A stretch of DNA of 64,000 nt from Adineta vaga (taxonomy: Eukaryota > Animalia > Rotifera), in assembly GCA_021613535.1 (NCBI GenBank), contig CP075497.1, positions 12,152,001 to 12,216,000 on the forward strand, read 5' to 3'. The notes under the pieces were generated by a model. That model saw nothing but the letters and a program-made list of their open reading frames with translations, ran no database searches and had not been told where the DNA came from. A program made the translations under genes and the position numbers. This document shows positions 32,860 to 49,286 of this stretch, in pieces (the stretch's first letter is position 1; each line of letters starts with the position of its first letter).

Positions 32860-34069
32860 ATGTCAGCTGACAGACAAAATATCATCACACCTAACATCAA
32901 TGATTTACTCGATCCCTACGTATGTTCCTGTCTTCCTACATCTTCTCATTATACGATTTGTAGTAAAATCAAATGGTCCACTCTATCGATATCAATTGCT
33001 TTAATTATTATTGTAAGAATAGAAAAAAAGATTATTTCAATTGATCCTTCACAGATTTTCTCTTTTTTGCAAACTTAGATTGTTTATGCTAGTAGTGGAT
33101 TGTATACTTTAATTGATGTAACAACATTAATGTCCATTGAATCATTTGAGAATAGAAATGGTAAATTTGATCTGATTATAGTGAATAAAAATTTGTTATA
33201 TACCTTTATTTAGAAACGATCTTTTGGTCAATATTTTCATCACCTGAAACGATTCGTCTTAGTTGGATATCACTTTGTGTTTATTTTGTAGTTGTTCTTT
33301 TAATTATTCTTCTTCTTTGTGGAATTCAATTGGTAAAATTTTCATTTTATTTTATGAATTAATCATTAAGAAAGAGATTTCGTTTAGAGTAAACCTTGGC
33401 TTTTATTTCTTTGGTCAATTTTAATGATTGTTATGTTACTTGTGGATGGAATTGTCACAGTTCTTTCTCTTCGACAACATCATTTACAAGTTAATTCAAT
33501 TTTATATAAAATCTAATCAGTTTTTTTTCAAATCTCATTTTAGATTTATCGACCATCAAAACAAGTGAAAATTCTTTTTGTCGTTATGATTATTCGTCTG
33601 ATGGTTTCGGTTAGTTTGAAATCTTAAAATCTGAATCATTTTCATGTCATTTCTTTCTAAGTTATGTGGAATTTTCATTACTATCTTTCATTTTCGTCGA
33701 TTGAACAAAACAAAAGCTGAATATATCAATCGACAAGTAAACTTGACTTTTCATTCTTCATTTTCTATTTTTTATCTTTCTCTTTTGTAGAGAATGTTAA
33801 TTCGTTATAATACTGAATCAGCATCTCCATCTTATGATAGTTCATGGGCACAAAGCGATGGTCTTTTAAATCCACCAAAAGACCCAAGTATTGACTATCG
33901 TATGTCTGATATTCCTGCACCCATTGTATTACCAAGAGCTAAGATTGCAACAATACAACGTCGTCCATTATCAACAATGTTTCATGCTCGTAATGAACAT
34001 CAACAACAAGATTTAATAGAAGATATTCGATACAATGCTCCATCAGATGAACACTTTTATCATCAATAG
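32860..34069 (+). CDS. Multi-exon protein with about 4 TM helices and a cytoplasmic tail, function unknown (LAPTM-like topology)
   Basis: A chain of short hydrophobic exons with GT-AG introns (e.g. LIILLLCGIQL|SKPWLLFLWSILM); last exon ends TAG at 34069. Confidence 0.65.
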
Positions 34070-34271
34070 TTATAGAGAAAGAACAATTCGATATTCCGTT
34101 AAATAAAAACTCATTTCAGATTTTAATTAAGTAATCATTCACTGACTTCCTTTAAACATATATTAATCATCATCCATATTCGAAGACATACGTGTATATA
34201 ATAAGAGAGAGAAAAAATCGAAGACGAAAAAAAAAGAAAATAGAAACTTTTTTTTGTTTTTTTCTTTTAAT

Positions 34272-36378
<2,107 letters not shown>

Positions 36379-36618
36379 TTTGAATGCGTGCATATTTCAC
36401 GAATCCAGACGACTTATATAATCTGAGAGAAAGGGCAAAATATCGAAAAGAATTCATCGAGCAACAAAACGAAAAGAAAAGAAATACGTCTGATGACATC
36501 ATTCATTTCTTCACGAATCTCCTTCCCTTTTTCAAAGCCTTTACCTTCCTTTCAGAAAAAAAGTTAACGTTTTGTTTATTTAGAAAATTCAAACGTTCAA
36601 CTAGCAGCATCAAAACTA

Positions 36619-36781
36619 CCCAGGTCAATGAAAACGGAGTCGTTTACAATGCATTTTCGGAATGTAAACCGTGACAAAACGGTGACTTTACGGTCGAAAA
36701 TGAACCGTTTTGCTCCGTAATCACGGGCACAGATTTATGGCATCGTAAAGGCCATACACGGACCGCATCGTTCGACCTGAG
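36619..36781. mobile_element. MITE with CCCAGGTC/GACCTGAG termini and TA flanks
   Basis: ta|CCCAGGTCAATG ... TTCGACCTGAG|ta; internal AAAACGG repeats. Confidence 0.7.
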
Positions 36782-38353
36782 TACGACCCGAACTCGATTG
36801 TATTCAATTTAGCCCTGAACAATCCAGTCAGTACCAGCACAATCAACAGCAGCAACATCACCAGGACGTCTTTCAGGGTTAGTTCCCACACCAGGCGAAC
36901 TTAACAAAATCATGAAACAATTGAAGTAAATAGAACTTTCTAAAATTCTCACTATCTAGGAGAATAGAAAAGGATTTATCATTGAATTTTTTTTCTCAGG
37001 GTTAATTGGAATATTGGTTATATTTGCTATTTCATCGTCAGTTTGTTGTTGTCATTGGTCGTCGTGTGTCTTCAGCTATGGAGATTACACGAAATAAAAT
37101 CTTGTAACGTAAGGTCGAATGATTGGACGAGTGTTTTGGTTATGGACGTTAATCTTGTAACAAACTTAGGATTGTTTTTAGCTTTTGGCGAACCAATAGT
37201 ACCCCTCTTGTTATCTCTTGTTTTTTATGTTGTTGTCTGTGATCGTTTCTTTCTTTTGTAAAGCACTTTGGGATTGGAGTGCAGGTTTTTCTTCGGCTTT
37301 AATGCCATTTTTTTTCGGCATTTTTTATTTTGTGATGGAAGGTTGTCTGAAACGCAGAAAACAAGTAGATCGTTATTTGTTAGTGCCTCCGTCGAATGTC
37401 TAACGCTTTTCGTTTTCTGTTTTTTCTACATTTTTTCGTTGATATTTCTGACATGTTTATACTTTTGTTGTTTGAATGCGTGTGTAAATAAATGATATCT
37501 GTTTGATGAAACATTCATATTATTATAGATTTAGTTTGTTGATTTTTATTATATTTCAATAATATAAATAAAGAAAAGCTGTTATAAATATAACCTATGA
37601 CACATGTTGACATCTACATCGATAAATGTGACCGCAAATATATACACGTATATGTTGAAGATGTATAATTTCGCCGAAAAACGATTTTTTTACGATAATT
37701 TGCTATGTAATGTTATTTTTGCAGGTTTTTGATTCACTTTTGCTGATTAAAAGACAAACGAACGAAAAAATGACTGTCCTTCAAATAAAAGCACCATTTC
37801 TTATCCGAAACAAATCGCAGGACTGAAAGAAACAAGACAAAATTATTTGTATATTTTTATCCAAATGTGTATTCGCGACTGTAGAACTATTTGAGGGTAA
37901 TTCATATATTTTTGAATAATAATTCTAATACATATCAGATTATTTAGTAGCTCATTTCAGTAAGAATACAATATAAATGAAAAGAAACTACTGTGACAAT
38001 AAAGAGTAGAATAAAAAACTGTAAATTAAACTGGTTCAATTAAAACGCGGTCATATTGGTAAACTTCTAAAAAATATCCCTACGGGATATCAGGGGTAGA
38101 GGTGTTAAGGTGGGTACCTCCCTCTGCTTTCAAAAATTTCAAGTGATATTTTCCTGTCATTTTTGCAGGAAATTTCTCAAAGTTTGTTCATTTTTTACCG
38201 AAAATCTCTGTATTGTTCACGCATTTTACTAGAAAAGTTCGCTCGAAATATCACTTTTTAAGAGAGTATGGCTGAAATTTTTCCTCATTTTGAAAAATAT
38301 CCACCCCCTCTGTTTTCGCCTCTTCGCATCGCGCTGGGGGCCATGCCCCCCCC

Positions 38354-38618
38354 TGTAGTGCTGCAAGTCGGTCGACAGTCAATCAGATATATATATATGT
38401 AGACATGCAGATGAACATGACAGAATCAGAACAAGAACACTAAGATCAGATCTTGTGTAATAAACAGAACAACTAACTCCCGCGCATAGATGAAAATGAA
38501 CATAGATACATATCAGAACGAAAAGATCGAAAGCGCGCAGAGATACAATGACATAGAATAATGTGTGAACAAACAGACCACACAAATCATACAAGCAACG
38601 GCATACAGTGCCGTTACA
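38354..38618 (-). repeat. 3' LTR (265 bp)
   Basis: TGTAGTGCTG...CCGTTACA. Adjacent purine tract on the minus strand (GTGGGGGAGCCC, 38619-38630). Confidence 0.95.
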
Positions 38619-38827
38619 GGGCTCCCCCACCATGAAAAAGATGTGGAGCTCCAGCGAAACAATAGCGAAGAGTCCGTAAAGAAAAGTTAATTTGAGAGTC
38701 AGTAAGTTCAAGAAGTTAAGTGACGTAATGAGCAAATTGAACAAAGCCATAAGAATAAAAAAGAAGAAGTGAATAGGAGATAAATTGATAGGTGTTAATA
38801 AAAGCAAATAACATGGTATTAATGAAG

Positions 38828-41800
38828 TTAATCGAGAGCAGTAAATGAATAATAAGGTGTTAATCGTTCTACATGAATTGAAGATAAACGTTGATGAGAA
38901 ATAAGATGTTCTAATTCGTAAGTCAAAGATGATAATTTTTGAAGAATTTTAAATGGACCTTCACGTCGTGGTTGTAATTTACTGCCACGCCATTTGCCCA
39001 TAGCAATACCAGATAAACTAGTAACCCAAACTAAATCACCTGGAGAAAAAGTCAATGCACGACGATGTGTATTGTAATGACGTGCTTGTGTCTCATGAGA
39101 AATATCGAGTAATTCACGTGCAGTTGCATAAGCAGGAAATAAATCATCAAGTAAGCGTTTTCGATAAGCAGATAATTCACTGGAAGAAGGTAAATTATCA
39201 GAAATTGTGGATGGTGGCGGTAAAAGAAGATCAAGTGGTTGTCTTGGATGACGTCCAAACATTAAGAAAGCAGGGGAATGATCAGTAGATTCACTTGGAG
39301 CAGTTCTTAAAGCAAATGCAATTTGTGCTAATTTAACATCCCAAGATTTTGAATCATTATGTGCAAGTGAAGCTAATATAGGCTTCAATGTACGATTAAT
39401 ACGTTCAGATAAATTGCTTTGTGGATGATAAAGAGGAGTGCGTTGATGATGAATACCAAGAATTTTACATAATTGAGTAAATACCTTTGCAACAAATTGT
39501 ACACCGTTATCACTAATAACACGAATAGGAAACCCAAATCGACATATAACTTCATCGAGGAAGAGTTGAGCGATTGTAACAGCTTTGATAGATGAAAGAG
39601 GAAATAATTCCACCCATTTAGTAAAATAATCAACTACGACTAAAATAAATCTATTACCGCGACGAGTCTTCGGTAAGGGACCGGTAAGATCAATACCGAC
39701 TGTGTGCCATGGTTCAGACACAACAATCGGTTTCATAAAACCACCGGGTTTTTGATTACTAGGTTTATATTGTTGACATAATTGGCAAGATCGGACATAA
39801 TTAAGAACATCACGACGCATATGTGGCCAATAAAAACGTGAAGTTAATCGAAATAAAGTTTTTCGTCGGCCAAGATGAGCAGCGGTAGCATGGTCATGAG
39901 CAAGATTAAGAACTTCAGAGATTTTTAATTGTGGAATAACAAGAAGAACACGTTCAGCAGTTGAAGAAGTATTAGACGAATAATTAGCAGTTGTATGATC
40001 AGTACGAAATATTCGATAAAGTGCACCATCAATAACACGATAAAATCGAGCTAGACTATAAAATTTAATAAGATTATCAACAGTTGGTATAGTTTGATGC
40101 TGAAGATAATTTAAGAATGGTAAAAGAGATTGATCATTCCATTGAGCAGTACGAATTTGTTCATATAGATTAATATTATCAGAAAAATGAATATTAGCAA
40201 TAGTGGAATGAGGTGGTGATCCATAGCAAGACAATAAACAGATTGGAATTGATAATGAATGAGGTGGTAAAGAATTTTGACGAAAATAATCAAGTAATAA
40301 CAATGATCCAGCATCAGATGGAACAGATGATGAGAGATCATAATCAGTAGTAGTAAGAACATTAGTGGAAAGTAAAGAATTAATTGAATAACATTCATCA
40401 ATATCATCGTTAGTATCATCAAGATTGGTATTAACTGGATAACGTGAGAGTGCATCTGGAGGACCATTTTCGCTACCAGGACGATGTTGAATATTCATAT
40501 CGTAAGTAGCAATTTGAATTGCCCATCGAGCTAGTCGGGTATTAAGATCTTTAGTTGAATGGAGCCATTGAAGAGCTTTATGATCAGTAATAGCTGTAAA
40601 ACGAGTACCTTCAAGATAAGGTCGAAAATAATGACAACCATAGACAATAGCTAAACATTCGCGTTCAGTAGCCGTGTATTTACGTTCAGCTTTAGATAAA
40701 GTGCGGCTAGCATAGCCAATAACATGTTCACGAGTAATAGTATCATCATCAATTAATTTTTGTACAAGAATAGCGGATAAACCAACATCAGATGCATCTA
40801 ATTGTAATATAAATGGTTTATCAAATCGTGGATAAGCAATAATTGGAGCTTCAATTAAACGTTGACGTAATGATTCGAATGATTGCTGACAAGCTTCAGT
40901 CCATTGAAATGATTTAAGATCAGAATTTCGAGTAAGTGCAATTAATGGTTCAGCAAGTGTTGAATAATTCTTGATAAAACGACGGTAGTAGCTTGTTAAT
41001 CCAAGAAATGTTCGAACAGCCTTTAATTTTGTTGGAACAGGATACTCAGCAACAGCACGTAATTTATCTGGATCAGGAAGAATACCTTCACGAGAAACAA
41101 TATGACCAAGATATTTTAAATGAGTTTTACAAAAATGACATTTATCAATTTTTAATGTTAAACCACTTTGTTGAATTTGTTGAAGAATAAGTTCGAGATG
41201 AGATAAATGATTAGCAAATGATGAAGAATAAACAATAATATCATCGAGGTAAACTAATGCACATGACCATTTTAACCTACCTAAGACAAGATCCATCAAC
41301 CTTTGAAAGGTTGCAGGTGCATTTGTTAAACCAAATGGCATAACACGAAAACGAAATAAACCGGCATGACATGTAAATGCTGTTTTGTCACGGCTAGATG
41401 GATTAAGTTCAATTTGCCAAAAGCCGGAGCGTAAATCCATAGAAGAGAAATAACAAGCATGTTGTAGTTGATCAAGAGTATCATCAATACGTGGTATAGG
41501 ATAAACATCACGTACAGTAACAGAATTTAATTGACGATAATCGACACAAAATCGTAAAGAACCATCTTTCTTTGGTTGTAATGTAATAGGTGCAGCATAT
41601 GGACTAGCACATGGTTCAATAACACCAGCATTTAACATTTTCATAATTTCATCAGAAATAATATGTTGTCGATATGGTGATACACGATATGGACGTAATT
41701 TAATTGGTTTTGTATCACCAGTATCGATATGATGTTGAACGAGTGAAGTACGTCCTAATTTATCACTAAAACAGACATGATATTTAGTAAGAAGAGATTT

Positions 41801-42868
41801 AAGGTCTTCGACTTGTTGCGAAGAAAGATTAGTATCAGTAAGATTCAAATCAGTTAAGAAATTTGCTTGAGAATGATCGAACTTAACAGATGGTAATGGT
41901 GATTCAGTTGTTGATAAAGGTGAAATAAAAGCATTAACAGAGTAATCAGCAGTACCATCATATAGATCAGCAACAGCTAAACTTTCACCAGGATAAATAA
42001 CTTGAGATTTGGAAGAACAATTAGCAACTTGAATAAAACAACGTTGATTTTTTATACAAACTAAAGAATTAGCAGCAATAATATGACGACGAATCGCAGT
42101 AACAGATGCTTCCCAAGGTTCAGAGGTTATATTTGATGGTGTTTTAACTTCAATAAGAGCAGTATGAAATGATGGAATCGTTGTTGCTTGAATAGAAAGC
42201 AGTGGAACATCGATGCATCCTGAATTAGTAAGATCAGACGAGATGGCGAATGTAAGATCAGGTCGGGAGCGTAGCCACATTTTATTTGCTTGAATATCTA
42301 ATACAAGACCAATAAGTTTCATAAAATCATTTCCTAATAAAATTAAATGTTCAAAATTTTGTGCTAAAACAGCTTGATGTTGAATAACAGCACCAGCAAT
42401 TGCAATTTTAACTTGTACAAATCCTATAGGACATATAGAACTTCCTTCCGGTCCGTGAATATCCGGACCATCATACGGTGTTGGACAAACAGAAGAATCG
42501 CCAATAAGAGACCAATGACGAGAACTTATAATAGTAAGACCAGATCCAGTATCAAGAAGTACAATACCACGTGTCTCATTAATCTGAGCTTCAGCAACTA
42601 AATAAGAAGTAATAGGTGAAATAATAGTAGTTGTCGTAGGTGAAGAAGAAGATGTATCAACAGGAGATGAATCAATTAATTCATGGATTTCATTAAGAGG
42701 AGTTGAAGACGAGTTATTAAGTGTATCAAAAGGATAAAGTGTAGAAGGTTCAAGTTCAGAAGACATTATAAAGGGTAAAGTTGATGTTGATAGAACAGAT
42801 GAAGTAGGCGAGGAGATTTGTGTCGGAGTCAGGTTCGCCTCTAATACTGGCTCCGTTGACCGTTTCCC
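38828..42868 (-). CDS. pol: Pol polyprotein (protease-RT-RNase H-integrase), reached by -1 frameshift
   Basis: LLDTGSG, LRFCVDYR, YLDD, DASDVG...ERECLA, HHCC zinc finger, DD35E core, EGPF. The frame is open from the slippery site at 42862-42868. Confidence 0.95.
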   Translation of the reverse strand, partial: GKRSTEPVLEANLTPTQISSPTSSVLSTSTLPFIMSSELEPSTLYPFDTLNNSSSTPLNEIHELIDSSPVDTSSSSPTTTTIISPITSYLVAEAQINETRGIVLLDTGSGLTIISSRHWSLIGDSSVCPTPYDGPDIHGPEGSSICPIGFVQVKIAIAGAVIQHQAVLAQNFEHLILLGNDFMKLIGLVLDIQANKMWLRSRPDLTFAISSDLTNSGCIDVPLLSIQATTIPSFHTALIEVKTPSNITSEPWEASVTAIRRHIIAANSLVCIKNQRCFIQVANCSSKSQVIYPGESLAVADLYDGTADYSVNAFISPLSTTESPLPSVKFDHSQANFLTDLNLTDTNLSSQQVEDLKSLLTKYHVCFSDKLGRTSLVQHHIDTGDTKPIKLRPYRVSPYRQHIISDEIMKMLNAGVIEPCASPYAAPITLQPKKDGSLRFCVDYRQLNSVTVRDVYPIPRIDDTLDQLQHACYFSSMDLRSGFWQIELNPSSRDKTAFTCHAGLFRFRVMPFGLTNAPATFQRLMDLVLGRLKWSCALVYLDDIIVYSSSFANHLSHLELILQQIQQSGLTLKIDKCHFCKTHLKYLGHIVSREGILPDPDKLRAVAEYPVPTKLKAVRTFLGLTSYYRRFIKNYSTLAEPLIALTRNSDLKSFQWTEACQQSFESLRQRLIEAPIIAYPRFDKPFILQLDASDVGLSAILVQKLIDDDTITREHVIGYASRTLSKAERKYTATERECLAIVYGCHYFRPYLEGTRFTAITDHKALQWLHSTKDLNTRLARWAIQIATYDMNIQHRPGSENGPPDALSRYPVNTNLDDTNDDIDECYSINSLLSTNVLTTTDYDLSSSVPSDAGSLLLLDYFRQNSLPPHSLSIPICLLSCYGSPPHSTIANIHFSDNINLYEQIRTAQWNDQSLLPFLNYLQHQTIPTVDNLIKFYSLARFYRVIDGALYRIFRTDHTTANYSSNTSSTAERVLLVIPQLKISEVLNLAHDHATAAHLGRRKTLFRLTSRFYWPHMRRDVLNYVRSCQLCQQYKPSNQKPGGFMKPIVVSEPWHTVGIDLTGPLPKTRRGNRFILVVVDYFTKWVELFPLSSIKAVTIAQLFLDEVICRFGFPIRVISDNGVQFVAKVFTQLCKILGIHHQRTPLYHPQSNLSERINRTLKPILASLAHNDSKSWDVKLAQIAFALRTAPSESTDHSPAFLMFGRHPRQPLDLLLPPPSTISDNLPSSSELSAYRKRLLDDLFPAYATARELLDISHETQARHYNTHRRALTFSPGDLVWVTSLSGIAMGKWRGSKLQPRREGPFKILQKLSSLTYELEHLISHQRLSSIHVERLTPYYSFTALD

Positions 42869-44787
42869 GATATGGGTGAACGTGGACGAGATTGATATTG
42901 ATTGGAGGATGGTTGTTGGTAGTGTTGGTTATATTGGTGTTGATTAGTAAAAGTATCTTGGGTAGATGATTGAGAATAACGGTGTTGATCAGAATATTGC
43001 GGTGGTGAATTAGTAGATGAAGTTGTTATGGTCTGATGATAATGTTGATGTTGTTTGGCAGATGGAGAAGGTTTAAGTTGATAATTTGGACCATGTGGAT
43101 TGGAATAACAATAATGCCAAGAATGACTTGTACTTGAACAAAATGAACACCAACGATTATCATTACGACGTGGTGATTTCATGTTAGGTCGAAGAATTGA
43201 TTGATTATTTGAATATGTATCTTGAGTAGTAGAAGGGCGAGGTGTCGATTTATTTGAATTAGTAAATGTACGTGGTGAATAATTGCCAAAAGAATGTCGA
43301 CGATTTACGTTGTATTGAGGATAATAATTATATTCATCATAAACTGATTGATCATTGTAAAGCTTGGAAGATTGTGAATGATTTTGTGAAACATTAGATA
43401 AATAGTTAATGGTGGTAGATTTTACTGCTTTGGTCTTGTCATTGTTTTGTATGTTACGAAGTTGATCATCAATTTTTTGTTGAACAATACTCGATTCAAT
43501 TTCAGTAGCTTTTTGAACAAGTTCAGATAAAGTAGATGTAAGACCGAGTGTCATTCGATCACGTATATCTTTTCGTAATTTTTGTAAAAATTTTCGTTTA
43601 ATATAATCATGTGATGCAGCAGGTTCAATTTCAGAAATTAAAGCTTTTAATCGTTCGAAATAATCCATTGTCGATTCATTATCAGTTTGCCAAAGAATTC
43701 GCAAATGGCCACGGAAACTTTCAATTTTTTCAGGAGTACGAAATCGACGAAGAAATAAGTCTTTAAATTTTAACCAAGTACGAATAGGTTGTTCTTGTTG
43801 AACTTGAGCAAACCATGTAAGAGCACTATCAGATAAAGCTTGTTGAACAGCACGAAGTAAAGAATCATCATTATAACCAACAAGACCAGATGCACGAATT
43901 TCAAATTCAGTAATAAATTTGGTTGGCATTTCAGTTTCTTTACCACTAAAATTAGGTAAAGTATTAGTTAATGACATAGTAAATGGAATTATTGATGTAG
44001 GTTGAGATGTAGGATTATGTAAAACAGTTGGTGCATATTGAGTAGCATTGCCAATTGGAGTAAATACAGATGTATGTGTATTATGATAAGGTAATGTTGT
44101 TGGATGAATTGTTGTTCCTGGTACATTTCGTAGAACTGGATCAGCAATAGAATAAGAGCGACGGAGATCATTGTTTTCTTGTCGAAGATGAGCAATTTCA
44201 TTGACAAGACGATCGATGGTAGCATTTGTTTTCTGTAAAGCTTCGTGTAAAGAATGAACTTGACCACCATTACTTGATGGATCACGATAATGAACTGATG
44301 TTGGTTGGGCTAATAGATGAGTAGGTGTTGTACGAGATCGTTGATGACCCAATGGTGAAGTAGATAAATATTCAGCAACGTGATTAAAATGATTAGAATT
44401 TGATGAATGATATGGAATTGGTGAACTTACTGGAGAAGGCATAGCCGATTTTAATTGATTTACTTCATAAGAAAGATTATGAACAAGTTTACGTAAATTG
44501 GCTATTTCAGTTGCTTCAGTTTCCACAGTTGTAACAACAGAAGATATTTGTTCAGACATAATCGGAACAGGTTGTATTGTATGTTCTTGATGTTGAGTTT
44601 TCATAATCAGAGATCGATCAAATAATAATTTGGAAGAAGCACCATCAGAATCATCACCAACTTGTAGAGGATTTGGTTCAGATTTATCACCAGAAGACAT
44701 ATCAGATGTCAATGAATAATAAGAACAGCAACGTAGGCAATAAGCGAACAGTGTATACAAGAAATCAGATAAGCAACAATAATACAA
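42841..44787 (-). CDS. gag: Gag (coiled coil, capsid, CCHC zinc knuckle)
   Basis: Retrotransposon capsid-like region (ALTWF...W..FKDLFLRRF) and CSFCSSTSHSWHYC = CX2CX4HX4C. The true start may be the downstream MSSGD ATG. Confidence 0.9.
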   Translation of the reverse strand: MYYCCLSDFLYTLFAYCLRCCSYYSLTSDMSSGDKSEPNPLQVGDDSDGASSKLLFDRSLIMKTQHQEHTIQPVPIMSEQISSVVTTVETEATEIANLRKLVHNLSYEVNQLKSAMPSPVSSPIPYHSSNSNHFNHVAEYLSTSPLGHQRSRTTPTHLLAQPTSVHYRDPSSNGGQVHSLHEALQKTNATIDRLVNEIAHLRQENNDLRRSYSIADPVLRNVPGTTIHPTTLPYHNTHTSVFTPIGNATQYAPTVLHNPTSQPTSIIPFTMSLTNTLPNFSGKETEMPTKFITEFEIRASGLVGYNDDSLLRAVQQALSDSALTWFAQVQQEQPIRTWLKFKDLFLRRFRTPEKIESFRGHLRILWQTDNESTMDYFERLKALISEIEPAASHDYIKRKFLQKLRKDIRDRMTLGLTSTLSELVQKATEIESSIVQQKIDDQLRNIQNNDKTKAVKSTTINYLSNVSQNHSQSSKLYNDQSVYDEYNYYPQYNVNRRHSFGNYSPRTFTNSNKSTPRPSTTQDTYSNNQSILRPNMKSPRRNDNRWCSFCSSTSHSWHYCYSNPHGPNYQLKPSPSAKQHQHYHQTITTSSTNSPPQYSDQHRYSQSSTQDTFTNQHQYNQHYQQPSSNQYQSRPRSPISGNGQRSQY

Positions 44788-44894
44788 GAATCAATGAACA
44801 AAGTTTCTGTTTGTTGTACTTTCTTTACAGATTTAATCAATCAGAACAATCAAAGAGTTTAATTGGTTATTATAGAAAACGTTTGACTGAAGTG

Positions 44895-44911
44895 CCCACC
44901 CAGGAGCGCCA
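44895..44911 (-). promoter_or_regulatory. Primer-binding site, tRNA-Asn-like
   Basis: TGGCGCTCCTGGGTGGG lies 2 nt from the 5' LTR. Its complement CCCACCCAGGAGCGCCA resembles the metazoan tRNA-Asn 3' end. Confidence 0.75.
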
Positions 44912-44913
44912 CT

Positions 44914-45178
44914 TGTAATGCTGCAAGTCGGTCGACAGTCAATCAGATATATATATATGTAGACATGCAGATGAACATGACAGAATCAGAACAAGAACAC
45001 TAAGATCAGATCTTGTGTAATAAACAGAACAACTAACTCCCGCGCATAGATGAAAATGAACATAGATACATATCAGAACGAAAAGATCGAAAGCGCGCAG
45101 AGATACAATGACATAGAATAATGTGTGAACAAACAGACCACACAAATCATACAAGCAACGGCATACAGTGCCGTTACA
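44914..45178 (-). repeat. 5' LTR (265 bp)
   Basis: TGTAATGCTG...CCGTTACA. By eye it differs from the other LTR at one position. Confidence 0.95.
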
Positions 45179-45728
45179 CCCCCCCCTGTAATTTTTTCTG
45201 GCTACGCCACTAACTTTATGCTTTCATTTTTACATTCTACTAGTGAGATAAATATGAAGGTAAATATTATTATTTTGTCTTCTTTATTTAGATTTCAAAT
45301 GAATTATCATGGAAAAAAATTGAAAAATGAGTTGACACAGACAATTCAACACACAATAGTTAATCTACAAAACAAGACGAAAGTAGCTTTTTTATTGAAT
45401 ACGTTGTACAAAAGTCACTTTTTGAGTAATTAAATATTCCATTTCGCAATTCCAATACCTGAAAAGAGTAAAATAATAGTATAGGAAGGATCATTTTTTT
45501 AAATCTTACTCCATAGATTCTTTCAGCTAGTTGTGTCACCGTTTGACTACCTGCTGCATTCAGCATTGGTATAACTTCGCTAAGGATAAATCGGGAATTC
45601 TATCAAAAAGACAAGACAAATCTATATTAACTATAATGAGTAGAAAATGAAAAACTTACATTACTGTTAATTTCTATTGGCAAGTGAAACTTCTCAATTA
45701 ATTAATTTATGATTTGAACACATTTATA

Positions 45729-45928
45729 CCCAGGTCTAAGAGAACGGCGTCGTAAACTAACTTAAACGATGGGGAAAACGGTGAAAACCGGCACTAATAT
45801 GCAACTGTAATCCGTTAACCCAGAAATGTATAGAAATACGGTCAAAATGAAGGCAGTAAATTGCCGGTTTCTAACCGTTTTCGGTTGTTTAAGGCGCCAT
45901 TTCCGATCACCAGAATGATTGTCCTGGG
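45729..45928. mobile_element. MITE with CCCAGGTC/GTCCTGGG termini
   Basis: ta|CCCAGGTCTAAG ... GATTGTCCTGGG; internal AAAACGG/CCGTTTT motifs as in the 36619 element. Confidence 0.7.
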
Positions 45929-46509
45929 TTGTGCGTATACGATATGGTGTGTCTAACGAAATCTACCTGACAGAGAAAGACGCAGTAACTTCGATGTTTG
46001 TACCCCATTGGACCCATAGATGAACACAAAGACTTTGATGATTAAATTCCATTTTCGGAACGTTGTCATATCACATTGCTTTCTCTCCTTCATTTCTATT
46101 CGTCAAACTGACTCTCTCGTTTGTGATTTACATAAACATATAGTAGTTACCACCATGAAATAGAATGAGTGATTCATAATAAAGAAGTACATAGTGTGGG
46201 CAAGAATAGAATGAAGATGTACAATAGAGTAACTGATCCTCGATCTTTTGCGCAGTTTAATACTTCATTTTGAAGAATTTCTTTAAAATGATAATTCATG
46301 TTCACGACAACTTTGAAGGAAACGTTTTCTTTAATTTAATTTAGAGTTTTATTATTCATTCCTTGGCTTTCTTGAAACATAGATTAATCATCATTCATAT
46401 TTTCACACACACATGCACGAATTGATAAAAAGGTAGCAAATGGAAAAAAGAAAAGAAAAAATAGTATATTTAAATGAATAAGAAAAAGAAAAAAAAGTTT
46501 TATTTATGC

Positions 46510-49286
<2,777 letters not shown>

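Larger units (their letters stand above)
38354..45178 (-). mobile_element. Full-length Ty3/Gypsy LTR retrotransposon (6.8 kb)
   Basis: Two 265-bp TG...CA LTRs, PBS, PPT, intact gag and pol. Flanked on both sides by C8 runs that contain the TSD. Confidence 0.97.
38091..45212. mobile_element. Host MITE-like element (~0.3 kb) interrupted by the LTR retrotransposon
   Basis: Right end ...TTTTTTCTGGCTACGCCACTA resembles the 15675 element terminus. Degenerate left end CAGGGGTAG. GC-rich stretch with C-run. Confidence 0.5.

Noticed and set aside
38074-38090. ATATCCC-TAC-GGGATAT hairpin
   Set aside because: A single 7-bp stem; no supporting Helitron end or terminator context.
38379-38807. Hydrophobic 142-aa ORF after pol as a possible env/ORF3
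   Set aside because: More than half lies inside the LTR and spans the PPT; the hydrophobicity follows from T-rich sequence; no env motifs.
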